Positions 1 through 9,389 are shown, counted from the first letter of the stretch. The stretch is DNA of 32,000 nt from Acaryochloris marina S15 (GCF_018336915.1 NZ_CP064923.1:780001-812000); one strand, 5' to 3'. The notes: generated from the sequence alone by a model not told the origin. Program-made: numbers and translations.

Positions 1-900
1 GCCTTGCTCTATTAAGGTTTGGATGACCGCCAGGATATCAGCCATGGTCTGGGGACGAGTGTCAGGAGACTTCGCCATACAAGACATAATCAAGTCATTC
101 AGAGAGGCAGGGATTTGTAATCCGGGGGCGACTTGAGTGAAGGTTTTAGGCACTTGAGCGCGATGGGCATGATACCAACTGCCAATCGAATTAGTTTCGG
201 CCTGAATCGGAATATGTCCTGTGAGCACCTCAAACATAGTGATGCCAAGACTATATATATCGGAGCGATTATCTAAATCCTTGCCGGCAATCTGTTCAGG
301 AGAACAGTAAGCCAATGTCCCCATAAACGAGCCTGTTTGATTGGATTCAGTAGTATCTGATAAGAATTGAGCAATGCCAAAATCTAAAACCTTAGCCAAG
401 GTTCCTAAACTGGGATCAGAAATCACAAAGGCATTACTAGGCTTAATATCGCGATGAATGACTTGACAGTGTTTGCCATCAATTTTTATACCTTGGTGTG
501 CACATTCTAATCCCAGACACATATGCCGCATTAACCGTAAAAATTGGTTAATCCCTAAAGGCTGAGCTGCAATAACATCACTTAAATTTTTCCCTTCCAT
601 ATACTCCATGACATAGAAGGGGGCTTCATTCCGATGTACACCGTAATCTAAAACACGGACGATATGGAGACTGCGTTGCCCCAGTTGTGCCCCAGTTCGA
701 GCTTCATGGGCAAACCGCATTTTCATTTTTTCGCTCAGTAACGTTTGAGCAAGAAATTTAACGGCGACTGTGACACCACCCAAGAGCTGATCTTCTGCCC
801 GATAAACCTTTCCCATCGAGCCTTGACCAATGAGCTCTGCTAACCGATATCGGTTGATCAGAACTTGGCCGAGGTTTGGATCAGTGTTGTCGTCAATCAT
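1..900 (-). CDS. Serine/threonine protein kinase, N-terminal catalytic domain (partial; gene continues past the left window edge)
   Basis: The minus-strand frame is open from ATG (complement of 898-900) to base 1. It is absent from the supplied ORF track because no stop lies in the window. My translation starts MIDDNTDPNLGQVLINRYRLAELIGQGSMGKVYRAED. It carries Hanks-kinase motifs: GQGSMGKV (Gly loop), VAVKFL (Lys), HRDIKPSN (catalytic loop), DFGIA, TLAYCSPE and DIYSLG. Confidence 0.85.
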   Translation of the reverse strand, partial: MIDDNTDPNLGQVLINRYRLAELIGQGSMGKVYRAEDQLLGGVTVAVKFLAQTLLSEKMKMRFAHEARTGAQLGQRSLHIVRVLDYGVHRNEAPFYVMEYMEGKNLSDVIAAQPLGINQFLRLMRHMCLGLECAHQGIKIDGKHCQVIHRDIKPSNAFVISDPSLGTLAKVLDFGIAQFLSDTTESNQTGSFMGTLAYCSPEQIAGKDLDNRSDIYSLGITMFEVLTGHIPIQAETNSIGSWYHAHRAQVPKTFTQVAPGLQIPASLNDLIMSCMAKSPDTRPQTMADILAVIQTLIEQG

Positions 901-1747
901 TTTATGATTGTTCTCCCACGCACCGAGCGAATTGACTCCAAAACAAGGTAATGATTGTCCTCATGTTGTGCGTTCTTCTCAACGGTATGCTATCAACAAG
1001 TGTCATCACTCAACAGTTTTCCCAGAAGGTTCAGAATTTGAACAGTTTCTGCAACACTTGATAATCCTCAATAGAATATTCTCTACAATACTGTTGGCTT
1101 TCCCCAGGAAAACTCAAGCATAACTGTGTAGACTGAATATTGAAGTACATCAATCTTAACTTATATTTTTCCAGCCTCTTCATCCCCCATAAGTTTTCAT
1201 CAAACAGGGACAGAGAGATGAATTAGCGGAATGAATGCTATCGTTTTTTACAATCTGAACTATAAAATTCAGATAAATTCAATTTTAAGAAACAAAATTG
1301 GGAATTATAATCTCTAGTGTTAGCTCGAATGTAATAGTAACTTCAGCCTAGCTATGTGAATACTGTCTATCGTTAGGTCACTACTCAGGATACCAACGTT
1401 ATAGATAAAGCTATGTTGTGCTGATGCACTGAACAATTGATCTAAATATCGAGTTCATTAGGTAAACCGGGGGGGTTATCTTCAAATCATTATTTTTTAA
1501 AACAAATATCACCAGTATTGGGCGTTTTAGAGTTGCAAAGTTCTGAAGCACAGCTTTAGCCTGCTCTTATTTTGACTCCCGAAGCTGGTGCGGAACTTAC
1601 GAATTCGTAACGCTTTTAGGGCTGTCATTCTTGGAGAGCAGTAACTTCTGTGCTCTTAGTGTTTGTCGTCTATAGGGCAAAGACACGGGGGCGTATGAAG
1701 GGCTAATGGCGTCTTCCGAGCAACTTCTCTAGACAGGCTCATGGAAC

Positions 1748-1768
1748 ATGACGATTAACCATCGTCAT
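1748..1768. promoter_or_regulatory. Perfect inverted repeat ATGACGAT-N5-ATCGTCAT; candidate operator upstream of the PadR gene
   Basis: Read directly: atgacgat (1748-1755), taacc, atcgtcat (1761-1768). It ends 44 nt before the PadR start codon at 1813. PadR-family regulators commonly autoregulate through palindromic operators. Function here is inferred only. Confidence 0.3.
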
Positions 1769-1812
1769 TAGTTTCCGCATCATTATTCACCTTATTTACG
1801 AAGTGACAGCAC

Positions 1813-2193
1813 ATGAAATTCCAAGATATTTATCGATATTTTCAAGAACCACCACCTATTTATCTCAGTAAAGAAGTAGCCGTTTGCTACGTATTATCCG
1901 TGCTGATTGACCATGGTGACTCCTATGGAACAGCCTTGATCCAGCTCGTAGAGAATAACCATCCGTTGTATCGTTTGTCAGATACGGTACTGTATAGTGC
2001 CCTCAAATTCTTAGAAGATGAAGGTGTAATCAGAGGTTATTGGCAAAAAGTTGAAGGCCGCGGACGCCCACGTCGCATGTATGAAGTAGCTACAGAAAAG
2101 TCTGATGAAGCCAGGAAACTGGGGCGCTTGTGGCATAAGTTCCTCGGTGAAGAGCAGCTAGTCTCAGGGATTCAGCAGCTTCAATCTGGTTGA
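1813..2193 (+). CDS. PadR-family winged-helix transcriptional regulator
   Basis: 126-aa ORF with ATG start. PadR-like recognition and wing region: YGTALIQLVE...LSDTVLYSALKFLEDEGVIRGYWQKVEGRGRPRRMYEVT. A strong hairpin terminator follows. Confidence 0.8.
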   Translation: MKFQDIYRYFQEPPPIYLSKEVAVCYVLSVLIDHGDSYGTALIQLVENNHPLYRLSDTVLYSALKFLEDEGVIRGYWQKVEGRGRPRRMYEVATEKSDEARKLGRLWHKFLGEEQLVSGIQQLQSG

Positions 2194-2217
2194 GTATTAT
2201 TGGATCCAAGTGATACT

Positions 2218-2254
2218 AATCGGCATTAGACCACAATCTAATGCCGATTTTCTG
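2218..2254 (+). terminator. Rho-independent terminator after the PadR gene
   Basis: Perfect 12-bp stem aatcggcattag (2218-2229) / ctaatgccgatt (2238-2249), 8-nt loop accacaat, then ttttctg. Confidence 0.6.
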
Positions 2255-2320
2255 TGAGTAGTTGCGCTGAGGTGGTTTTGTATACCTCAATCTCAACGAT
2301 TACAACTATTTTTATTAAAA

Positions 2321-2408
2321 CGGAGAGGAGAGGATTCGAACCTCCGGAACCCTTACGGGCTCATCTGATTTCAAGTCAGACGCAATCGACCAACTCTGCC
2401 ACCTCTCC
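2321..2408 (-). tRNA. tRNA-Ser (anticodon UGA)
   Basis: The reverse complement reads GGAGAGGTGGCAGAGTTGGTCGATTGCGTCTGACTTGAAATCAGATGAGCCCGTAAGGGTTCCGGAGGTTCGAATCCTCTCCTCTCCG. It has a 7-bp acceptor stem, anticodon stem TCTGA/TCAGA with loop CTTGAAA (anticodon TGA), a long variable arm (class II tRNA) and a GGTTCGAATCC T-arm. CCA is not encoded. Confidence 0.9.
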
Positions 2409-2576
2409 TAGTCTATGTTGTTTGGATAGACATCAAAGTCCACTGTACATCTTAACCTAAGCTGCTCTGGATCTTTGGTGTCTATGACAGATTTTGTGAA
2501 GCGCTCAATTCATTCACGTCTGTCATAGCAATTGGCACTAAAGTTAGACAACAAAAGATCGTCAAAACATAACGGA

Positions 2577-3050
2577 ATGATAGACGATATATCTCCGACC
2601 TCTGAACCCACAATCATCGTAGATTCGTCCATGATTCTGGGATTTGATCCAGGACGACAAAAATGTGGATTGGCCGTCATGGGGGGAGACCAGACTATTC
2701 ACTGGCATCAGGTTGTGGCAGCTTCTCAAGTAATTGATTCTATTAATACTTTGCGCCAAACCTATCCAATCTCCTTATTAGTAATGGGGAATCAGACCAC
2801 TTCAAAAGAATGGCTGCACGTTCTGGTCGAAAAATATGCACTTAATCTTGACATTATTCAGGTCGATGAACGCTATAGCACCTTAGAAGCCCGAGGCAAA
2901 TATTGGCAGCTTTACCCGCCTCAAGGCATCCATCGTCTCATTCCCCAAAGTTTACGCAAGATTAATCATCCTATCGATGACATTGTGGCCATTATCTTAA
3001 TTGAGAGGTATCTAGCAAAGCCTAAAGATACTGATGGTTCACAGGTATAA
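2577..3050 (+). CDS. RuvX/YqgF-like RNase H-fold protein (putative Holliday-junction resolvase-like / pre-16S rRNA nuclease family)
   Basis: MILGFDPGRQKCGLAVMG resembles the YqgF N-terminal LG.D.G...iGvAv motif. VDERYSTLEAR matches the family DER.TT..A, and DDIVAIILIERYL matches D..AA..IL..yL. The start is uncertain: TTG 2532 (ORF track), ATG 2577 or ATG 2631 (MILGFDPG, giving a typical 139 aa). Confidence 0.6.
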   Translation: MIDDISPTSEPTIIVDSSMILGFDPGRQKCGLAVMGGDQTIHWHQVVAASQVIDSINTLRQTYPISLLVMGNQTTSKEWLHVLVEKYALNLDIIQVDERYSTLEARGKYWQLYPPQGIHRLIPQSLRKINHPIDDIVAIILIERYLAKPKDTDGSQV

Positions 3051-3327
3051 GGAATACCTTGGGGAAGGATTTTGCCATTTTAGTTCCCCCTTTATCTTGA
3101 CGAGTCATCCATAATCCTTAGAAGGTAGACTGCCAATGACTTACCTTCTTTTACTGATTAAATTCTGAGCAAATTTACTTAGGATTAGTATAATCAGGAT
3201 GACAGCATGAGACTTTTGCTCCTTGAAGTAGACTGAAAAAGATTAGAACTATATTTTTTAGAATTAGACTTTAAGGTCACGTTGTTGACGCAGTATAAAC
3301 AGGAATGTATCAGGAGATTAGTTAGAT

Positions 3328-4023
3328 ATGCCCCAAACTCAGGCTATTTCAGAAATTGACTTCTATAGTGACACCTACAAAGATGCTTACAGTCGGATTG
3401 ACGGTATTGTGATCGAAGGTGAGCAAGAAGCTCATGAAAACTATATTCGTCTTGGCGAAATGCTGCCTGATCACCAAGACGACTTTATCCGCCTGTCCAA
3501 GATGGAAGCTCGTCACAAAAAAGGGTTTGAAGCCTGTGGTCGCAACTTAGAAGTGACCTGCGATCTAAACTTTGCTCGCAGTTTCTTTTCCGACTTACAT
3601 AAGAATTTCCAAGAGGCTGCGGCTGAGGATAAAGTTCCAACTTGCTTAGTGATCCAGTCTTTGATTATTGAGTGCTTTGCGATCGCAGCCTACAACATCT
3701 ATATCCCCGTCGCCGATGACTTTGCCCGCAAGATTACAGAATCTGTGGTCAAAGATGAGTATCAGCACCTCAATTACGGTGAAGAGTGGCTCAAGGCCCA
3801 CTTCGACGACGTGAAAGCAGAAATCCAAGAAGCCAATCGCAAAAATCTTCCCATCGTTTGGAGAATGTTGAACGAAGTGGACAAAGATGCAGCTGTCTTA
3901 GGAATGGAAAAAGAAGCCCTAGTTGAAGACTTCATGATCCAATACGGTGAAGCCCTCAGCAATATTGGGTTCTCTACTGGAGAAATTATGCGAATGTCCG
4001 CATACGGTCTTGTGGCTGCATAA
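3328..4023 (+). CDS. ado: Aldehyde-deformylating oxygenase (alkane biosynthesis)
   Basis: 231 aa. Ferritin-like di-iron ExxH motifs [10 protein letters not shown] and [10 protein letters not shown]. The N-terminus ...[26 protein letters not shown] and the size match cyanobacterial ADO. It lies immediately upstream of aar, as in the described pathway. Confidence 0.95.
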   Translation: MPQTQAISEIDFYSDTYKDAYSRIDGIVIEGEQEAHENYIRLGEMLPDHQDDFIRLSKMEARHKKGFEACGRNLEVTCDLNFARSFFSDLHKNFQEAAAEDKVPTCLVIQSLIIECFAIAAYNIYIPVADDFARKITESVVKDEYQHLNYGEEWLKAHFDDVKAEIQEANRKNLPIVWRMLNEVDKDAAVLGMEKEALVEDFMIQYGEALSNIGFSTGEIMRMSAYGLVAA

Positions 4024-4079
4024 ACATCGCATCACTGATTTATGGCATGCTGCGCCATGCCATTCTCTAAATCTAAAAG

Positions 4080-4107
4080 AGTCAGGCTTTCTAGTCTGGC
4101 TTTTTCT
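4080..4107 (+). terminator. Rho-independent terminator between ado and aar
   Basis: 9-bp stem agtcaggct (4080-4088) / agtctggct (4093-4101) with 7 Watson-Crick and 2 G-U pairs, tetraloop ttct, then ttttct. Confidence 0.55.
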
Positions 4108-4293
4108 ATTGCAGGGGTAGCAGCTATCCCGTCTTGGCTAACTTCACGCCATGTCCATCACTTTTTCTGGTTCGAAATAACGGTTTGCTGTAATATTAAG
4201 TAACATTGTTGTGTACTATTGCAACAGTCTTTTATTTACACATTCGCAGTAAGCCTGTTTGAAACAGCAATGCTTGCTCCTTTCTAAAAATAT

Positions 4294-5319
4294 ATGTTTG
4301 GTCTAATTGGTCATCTAACCAGCTTGCAGCATGCTCAATCCGTTGCCCGAGAATTAGGATATCCAGAGTACGCTGATCAAGGCTTAGATTTTTGGTGTAT
4401 GGCCCCACCTCAAATCGTTGATGACATTACGGTTACAAGTATTACGGGGCAAACCATTTACGGCAAATATGTCGAATCTTGTTTCCTACCTGAGATGCTG
4501 GCTTCCCAGAGAATCAAGGCGGCGACTCGTAAAATTGTTAATGCCATGGCCCATGCTCAGAAGAATGGGATTAATATCACTGCTTTGGGTGGTTTCTCTT
4601 CCATTATTTTTGAGAATTTCAATTTACAGCGCATTACCCGCATTCGGAATATTCAACTAGATTTACAACGCTTCACGACCGGTAATACCCATACGGCCTA
4701 CATTATCTGCCGCCAAGTTGAGCAAGGAGCCCAACAACTAGGGATTGACCTGAATAAGGCAACTGTCGCTATTTGTGGTGCCACGGGCGATATTGGTAGT
4801 GCTGTATGTCGCTGGCTAGATGCTCGTACAGACACAGCTGAATTACTCTTGGTTGCCCGCCATCAGGGCCGTCTGGAAACCTTGCAGTCTGAGCTGGGTC
4901 GAGGCAAAATCATGTCGATTGAAGAAGCCTTACCCCAAGCAGATATCGTTGTGTGGGTTGCTAGTATGCCAAAAGGCATCGAGATTGATGCTGACAATTT
5001 GAAGCATCCTTGTCTCATGATTGATGGTGGCTATCCGAAAAATTTAGGCACAAAAGTTCAGCATCCTGACGTTCATATCCTCAACGGTGGTATTGTCGAA
5101 CATTCTTTGGATATTGATTGGAAGATCATGCATATTGTCAACATGAATATTCCTAATCGTCAGTTGTTTGCCTGTTTTGCGGAATCCATGCTCCTAGAAT
5201 TTGAGCAGCTACACACTAATTTTTCTTGGGGACGCAACGAAATTACGGTTGCAAAGATGGAAAAAATTGGTGAAATATCTCTCAAACATGGCTTTAAACC
5301 TCTATCACTCGCTATCTAA
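4294..5319 (+). CDS. aar: Long-chain acyl-[ACP] reductase (fatty aldehyde-forming, alkane biosynthesis)
   Basis: 341 aa. It starts [11 protein letters not shown], has the Rossmann motif [10 protein letters not shown], and the C-terminal region ...[13 protein letters not shown]...NFSWGRN typical of cyanobacterial AAR. It is paired with ado. Confidence 0.95.
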   Translation: MFGLIGHLTSLQHAQSVARELGYPEYADQGLDFWCMAPPQIVDDITVTSITGQTIYGKYVESCFLPEMLASQRIKAATRKIVNAMAHAQKNGINITALGGFSSIIFENFNLQRITRIRNIQLDLQRFTTGNTHTAYIICRQVEQGAQQLGIDLNKATVAICGATGDIGSAVCRWLDARTDTAELLLVARHQGRLETLQSELGRGKIMSIEEALPQADIVVWVASMPKGIEIDADNLKHPCLMIDGGYPKNLGTKVQHPDVHILNGGIVEHSLDIDWKIMHIVNMNIPNRQLFACFAESMLLEFEQLHTNFSWGRNEITVAKMEKIGEISLKHGFKPLSLAI

Positions 5320-5393
5320 GCCAGTGGTAGAAATAGATGTTTGGTTGACCCAAGATCTGTGAGACTAATCAGGGCAAAGGATATTGGCTTTAC

Positions 5394-6545
5394 TCAGTAA
5401 CTCGCTGAACGGATATTGCTGTTGTGAAGTAAGGTGCTGCCTAGGGTGATTAAAACCACGATCGGCAGCCAGCCAGCTATGCTTGCTAACCAGAGGCCTG
5501 TATCTCCTAAGGTTTGGCAGATAAACGAGAAGGTATAGTAAACAAAAATCAACAGGCTACTTAACCCAAAGCCCAGTGAACCTTGCTTTGAGGTTGACTG
5601 GCAGCCTAGTGCTGATCCTATAAGCGTAAATCCCACTCCGATCCAGGGAAAAGCCATCAGTGAATGCCAGCGCACTTGCAGGTGTTGCATCGTTTGTAAA
5701 TTTCCTGACTGTTGTACATGTCGCATCAGAACCGCGGTTTCGTGCAGGTTGATGGGGTTGCTTGTGATCTCGGCTAATTCCTGCGGACTGATCCTTTGAA
5801 AAGGCTGCTGCTTAAAGGAAACAACGTGTTGGTACAACCCCGAAATCGGATCGATTGTATATCGAGTCCCCTGGGATAATGTCCACTGTTGTTGAGCGGT
5901 GTTCCAGGTGGCTTGCTGGGCTAGCCAGATGTGATGTAAGTGACGATCTTGAAACTGCAAAATAGTCAGTTGATGGAGTGCCTCACCATCAAAAGTGCGG
6001 GCATAGAACAGCTGGATTAATCGCTGATGCCGATAGGTTTTATGAACAATATTTTGGCTAGGAATCGCTGCAATCTGACTCGCGGGGTGCTGGGCCAGCA
6101 ACCGATTGACTGCTGCAGTAGCCGGAGGAACGATCCACTCATTAAGGGTGAGGGTAGAAACAGCCACAATCAGGCTAAAACAAATGACTGGCCGTACAAT
6201 GCGATATACACTTGTCCCACAAGCTTTAAGAGCCATTAGCTCATTCCTTTGGGCTAATTGGCTATAGGTAAGCAAAGGGGCCAGAAGCATGGACATCGGT
6301 AAAGCCAGCACCATAAAGCGAGGGAGCTGTAATACCAACACTTGTAATGCATCAGCACTCGATAAGGTTCCTTCTGTTAATCGCCGCAGGACATCAAACA
6401 GAGCGCCAATACTAAAGCTAATGGCTGTAAATGCACCAAAGGCAAAGACCCAAGGCATCCAGAAAGCTTGCAGAATAAAGATATCTAAACGAGAGATCCA
6501 GAATCTTCTGAGTCTCCTAAACAGCTTATTCTGAGCCAGAGGCAT
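5394..6545 (-). CDS. LptF/LptG (YjgP/YjgQ) family permease
   Basis: 3+3 hydrophobic segments flank a large central soluble loop. The N-terminal region ISRLDIFILQAFWMPWVF fits the family LDRY..REF..PF region. My preferred start is ATG at 6545 (MPLAQNK...). The ORF track extends in frame to 6602. Confidence 0.8.
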   Translation of the reverse strand: MPLAQNKLFRRLRRFWISRLDIFILQAFWMPWVFAFGAFTAISFSIGALFDVLRRLTEGTLSSADALQVLVLQLPRFMVLALPMSMLLAPLLTYSQLAQRNELMALKACGTSVYRIVRPVICFSLIVAVSTLTLNEWIVPPATAAVNRLLAQHPASQIAAIPSQNIVHKTYRHQRLIQLFYARTFDGEALHQLTILQFQDRHLHHIWLAQQATWNTAQQQWTLSQGTRYTIDPISGLYQHVVSFKQQPFQRISPQELAEITSNPINLHETAVLMRHVQQSGNLQTMQHLQVRWHSLMAFPWIGVGFTLIGSALGCQSTSKQGSLGFGLSSLLIFVYYTFSFICQTLGDTGLWLASIAGWLPIVVLITLGSTLLHNSNIRSASY

Positions 6546-7596
6546 GGGGTTCGGATAAGACCTGGATACTAATCGTCTCAGAAGGCTTAGAGCCAGATGC
6601 ACCTAGTTCCACTTCTAGAACATCGCCATAGAGACGCTCTAATGCCTGTAATAGGGATTGTAGATGGGGAGTACTGGCTCCAGATGCATTATGTAGTTTG
6701 TCCGTTAAGCGACGCAGTCGTCGCCAGGTGGTATAAAGCTTAGCTACCATATGTTCTAGTTGCGAGGCCTGGTTGACTAAGTCAGCTGTGATATTGAGGC
6801 AGCCTAGCCGCAGTGCTTCCTCTAGGCTGGATTCTAAATCAATAGATTGCTCGGTGAGGGCTTGGACATTGCCAAAAGCCTCTAAATATTTTGCTAATTG
6901 TTTGGCTTCTGCAGTGGCTTGTTTGAGGGTATCTAGATCAGGGCTAGCGGCAAGCTCAGATTGAATTGTATTCTGATGGGCTTCCGGTAATTTCTCTAGT
7001 TCCTTGACGAGGGGAGCTACATGGCGAATGGGAATAGTTTGGTTGGCCGCCTTGGTTTTAATTTCAGCAGGAACCAAATCTGAGGTCATTGTTGTCCACT
7101 CATCCGAGAGCTGTTGAACTTCTCGAGTGGTGATCCGCTCCCCCTGGCGGGCTGTTTCACTGACTAATTCTTGAATTTCGGGAGCAGACTGGGCTGTTTT
7201 AACGAAGGCTCGCTTACTAAAATTATTGATGGAGTCAGGTTCTAAGTGTCCGGCCTCTAAAAGTGTATCAGCACTATTGGCGAGTTCTATCCAGCTATAG
7301 GCTTGACTCTTGCTAACTTCGTTGTCTTGTAACCAGTTGAGGAAGCCACTGCCTCGACCTTCGCCCGTATTTTTTTCGCGATCGCGAATGGCGCACAAAA
7401 CTCGCCCCCGCCAAATATCCGTCTGTAAGTCGAAGCGATCACAGACCTCCCATGCAGCACCAACTTGTTGTTGAAACTCAAATTCAGAGATTTCTTCATC
7501 TTCTGGATCAGGGACTTTTAAGGTAAATTCTCCACCACTGATCTGTCCAGATGTATCTTGCTCATCCTCTGATTTAGAGTGTTTGACCATAACCAC
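6526..7596 (-). CDS. Hypothetical protein with an acidic N-terminus and a possible HTH region
   Basis: 356-aa ORF with GTG at 7596 and ATG at 7590. A GAGG sequence lies just upstream. GFLNWLQDNEVSKSQAYSWIELA resembles the W-L...fS...A..y..lA helix-turn-helix pattern of DUF3102-like proteins (recollection, unverified). The C-terminal half is helical and rich in Ala/Leu/Glu/Gln. The stop overlaps the start region of the downstream permease. Confidence 0.6.
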   Translation of the reverse strand: MVMVKHSKSEDEQDTSGQISGGEFTLKVPDPEDEEISEFEFQQQVGAAWEVCDRFDLQTDIWRGRVLCAIRDREKNTGEGRGSGFLNWLQDNEVSKSQAYSWIELANSADTLLEAGHLEPDSINNFSKRAFVKTAQSAPEIQELVSETARQGERITTREVQQLSDEWTTMTSDLVPAEIKTKAANQTIPIRHVAPLVKELEKLPEAHQNTIQSELAASPDLDTLKQATAEAKQLAKYLEAFGNVQALTEQSIDLESSLEEALRLGCLNITADLVNQASQLEHMVAKLYTTWRRLRRLTDKLHNASGASTPHLQSLLQALERLYGDVLEVELGASGSKPSETISIQVLSEPHASGSE

Positions 7597-7839
7597 CGTT
7601 ACCTCGTTGCCGACCTATTATGCCATGGGTTATTCCAACGAAAGAGAAGAAATTTTTTCAGATGATCAGGCAAAAGATAGTGTGCATAGTTCTGAATGTT
7701 AGTTCAGGACCTCATGAGTGTCGTCTCTCTATCTTGGCTTGTGTTAAGAACCCCATAGAAGAATCACAGTACAGTACCAATCCTTCACAATAGAGATAAC
7801 ACCAGTGAAAATTTCAATCTAAATAAGGAGCCATGCAGT

Positions 7840-8370
7840 ATGGCATATGTCGGTGAATTAGGGACGGGCTCCACTATTTATCTCGAGAATCAAGACAGTC
7901 AGACCATTATTACGGCTATTGCAGCCTCACCTGGCCAACAACAACAAACTAGCCACAGCTTTTCTACTGGGCATTGGACCACCTCTCCAGAACTCTTTCG
8001 AAGTCTTCAAGGGCATATTATCCGGCTAGAGACGGCGCAGGGAAATTATGTTCTGTTAGTGCAAAATCATCAAATCCGGCCGATTGAGGCAATGCCCCCT
8101 CGGCATACGCTCGCAAGTATTCCACTGCAGCAGATTGTACATCCCCCCACATCTCCTATACCTCCCATGCCACCGTTACAACCGCTAACGATGGGTAATA
8201 TGGTCATGAGTATGCAGCCGATGCAAATGCGTATGGGCAATATGCACCTCAGCATGAGAACAACAGCAACCGCTACCCAAACAACGCAAAATAATTTTTG
8301 TAGTCAATGTGGAACGGCCGTGTCCGCGCAAGACAAATTCTGTGCAAACTGTGGTCATCGCCTTCACTAA
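7840..8370 (+). CDS. Met/Pro-rich protein with a C-terminal zinc ribbon
   Basis: Strong SD AAGGAG (7825-7830) sits 9 nt before ATG 7840. C-terminal CSQC-x10-CANC zinc-ribbon motif. Residues 110-139 contain 10 Met (MPPLQPLTMGNMVMSMQPMQMRMGNMHLSM). Confidence 0.7.
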   Translation: MAYVGELGTGSTIYLENQDSQTIITAIAASPGQQQQTSHSFSTGHWTTSPELFRSLQGHIIRLETAQGNYVLLVQNHQIRPIEAMPPRHTLASIPLQQIVHPPTSPIPPMPPLQPLTMGNMVMSMQPMQMRMGNMHLSMRTTATATQTTQNNFCSQCGTAVSAQDKFCANCGHRLH

Positions 8371-8672
8371 AATAGTCTAAATATTTTCCAATTAGAGCCA
8401 ACTTAGAGTTCGTTAGATCGTGGACTCTGGGTCGCTCATGCCATTTTGACAATGACAGGGAGAGCGTCCTTACAATTCCCCATCCTTGCCTCAGAAGATC
8501 ACCCCTGGAAGAGAGCCGTCTGATCTAGGACTAGTTCTACCCATGTCATTGACACCAGAGTGCATCTTCACTCCAAAGCCAGTCGCTCGGGTCTCTTGAT
8601 AATTCTGGTATTGGATACAGCCTGCATTCCACTTTTAAAGAGATACCAACACTAGCTGTATCCAAATTGAAT

Positions 8673-9305
8673 TTAAGTAGACAGACTGGATTTTTGAATA
8701 ACTGAGAGTAACACAGGGCCTAACAACGAATGATGAGCAGTACAAGTTAGACCAGCATTCATTGCTAGCGTTTCACGTTGCTGAGGACTATAAAAATGCA
8801 TAGGACCACCCAATCCAGCAATATTTTGCTGTGTGCCTACTCCAAAAAAGGCTGTGTAATCTACCAAATAGAACTGACCTCCAGGCTTTAGCACACGACC
8901 CATTTCCATAAATACCTGTTGTGGATTGGGATAATGCAAAAAACTGATGGTGCTGAACGCTGCATGAAACTGATTATCCGCAAAGGGCATTGCCTCACTT
9001 GCCCCTTGGATAAAAATCAAGCGCGGACGATGGCAGTTACCCTGACGGGCTTGCCGCAGCATTTCTGGGGATAAATCCAGTCCCGTTCCCTGCAACTGTG
9101 AATATTGAGAGGCTAAACGATTGAGGAGCTTACCTGTTCCACAACCCATATCCAAAGCAGCAGTGGGTAAATCGTTCGGTAAGTTTACATAGCTCAACAG
9201 ACGTTGGTGGACTGCTTGGTAAAACACCGTGGTGAACAACCAATCGTAATTGGGAGCCCATTGATCGAAAACTCGGGTTTTGGCAGCTAGAACATTAGCA
9301 GTCAT
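8673..9305 (-). CDS. Class I SAM-dependent methyltransferase
   Basis: 210 aa. Motif I LDMGCGTGKL, post-I GLDLSPEML, and a later LKPGGQFYLVD, a UbiE/COQ5-like arrangement. Confidence 0.85.
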   Translation of the reverse strand: MTANVLAAKTRVFDQWAPNYDWLFTTVFYQAVHQRLLSYVNLPNDLPTAALDMGCGTGKLLNRLASQYSQLQGTGLDLSPEMLRQARQGNCHRPRLIFIQGASEAMPFADNQFHAAFSTISFLHYPNPQQVFMEMGRVLKPGGQFYLVDYTAFFGVGTQQNIAGLGGPMHFYSPQQRETLAMNAGLTCTAHHSLLGPVLLSVIQKSSLST

Positions 9306-9389
9306 TGTGAGATTAGGCCTTATCTATGGTCATACTAGCAAGGACAATCGATAGACCGTCATTTTTTTTAGGAAAGTCTGAGATAAAGG

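Noticed and set aside
908-1123. 71-aa ORF in the kinase/PadR intergenic region
   Set aside because: It starts with TTG immediately at the kinase start region, has no SD and no recognisable motifs. It is probably non-coding.
2254-2460. 68-aa plus-strand ORF from the track
   Set aside because: It lies directly antisense over a well-formed tRNA-Ser(UGA) gene (2321-2408). It has no RBS and a low-complexity translation, so it is an artefact.
8611-8665. 11-bp inverted repeat ttggatacagc ... gctgtatccaa just downstream of the methyltransferase stop
   Set aside because: The loop is about 33 nt and no U-tract follows on either strand, so it is not a convincing intrinsic terminator. It may still form a 3' stabilising structure, but I cannot support a call.
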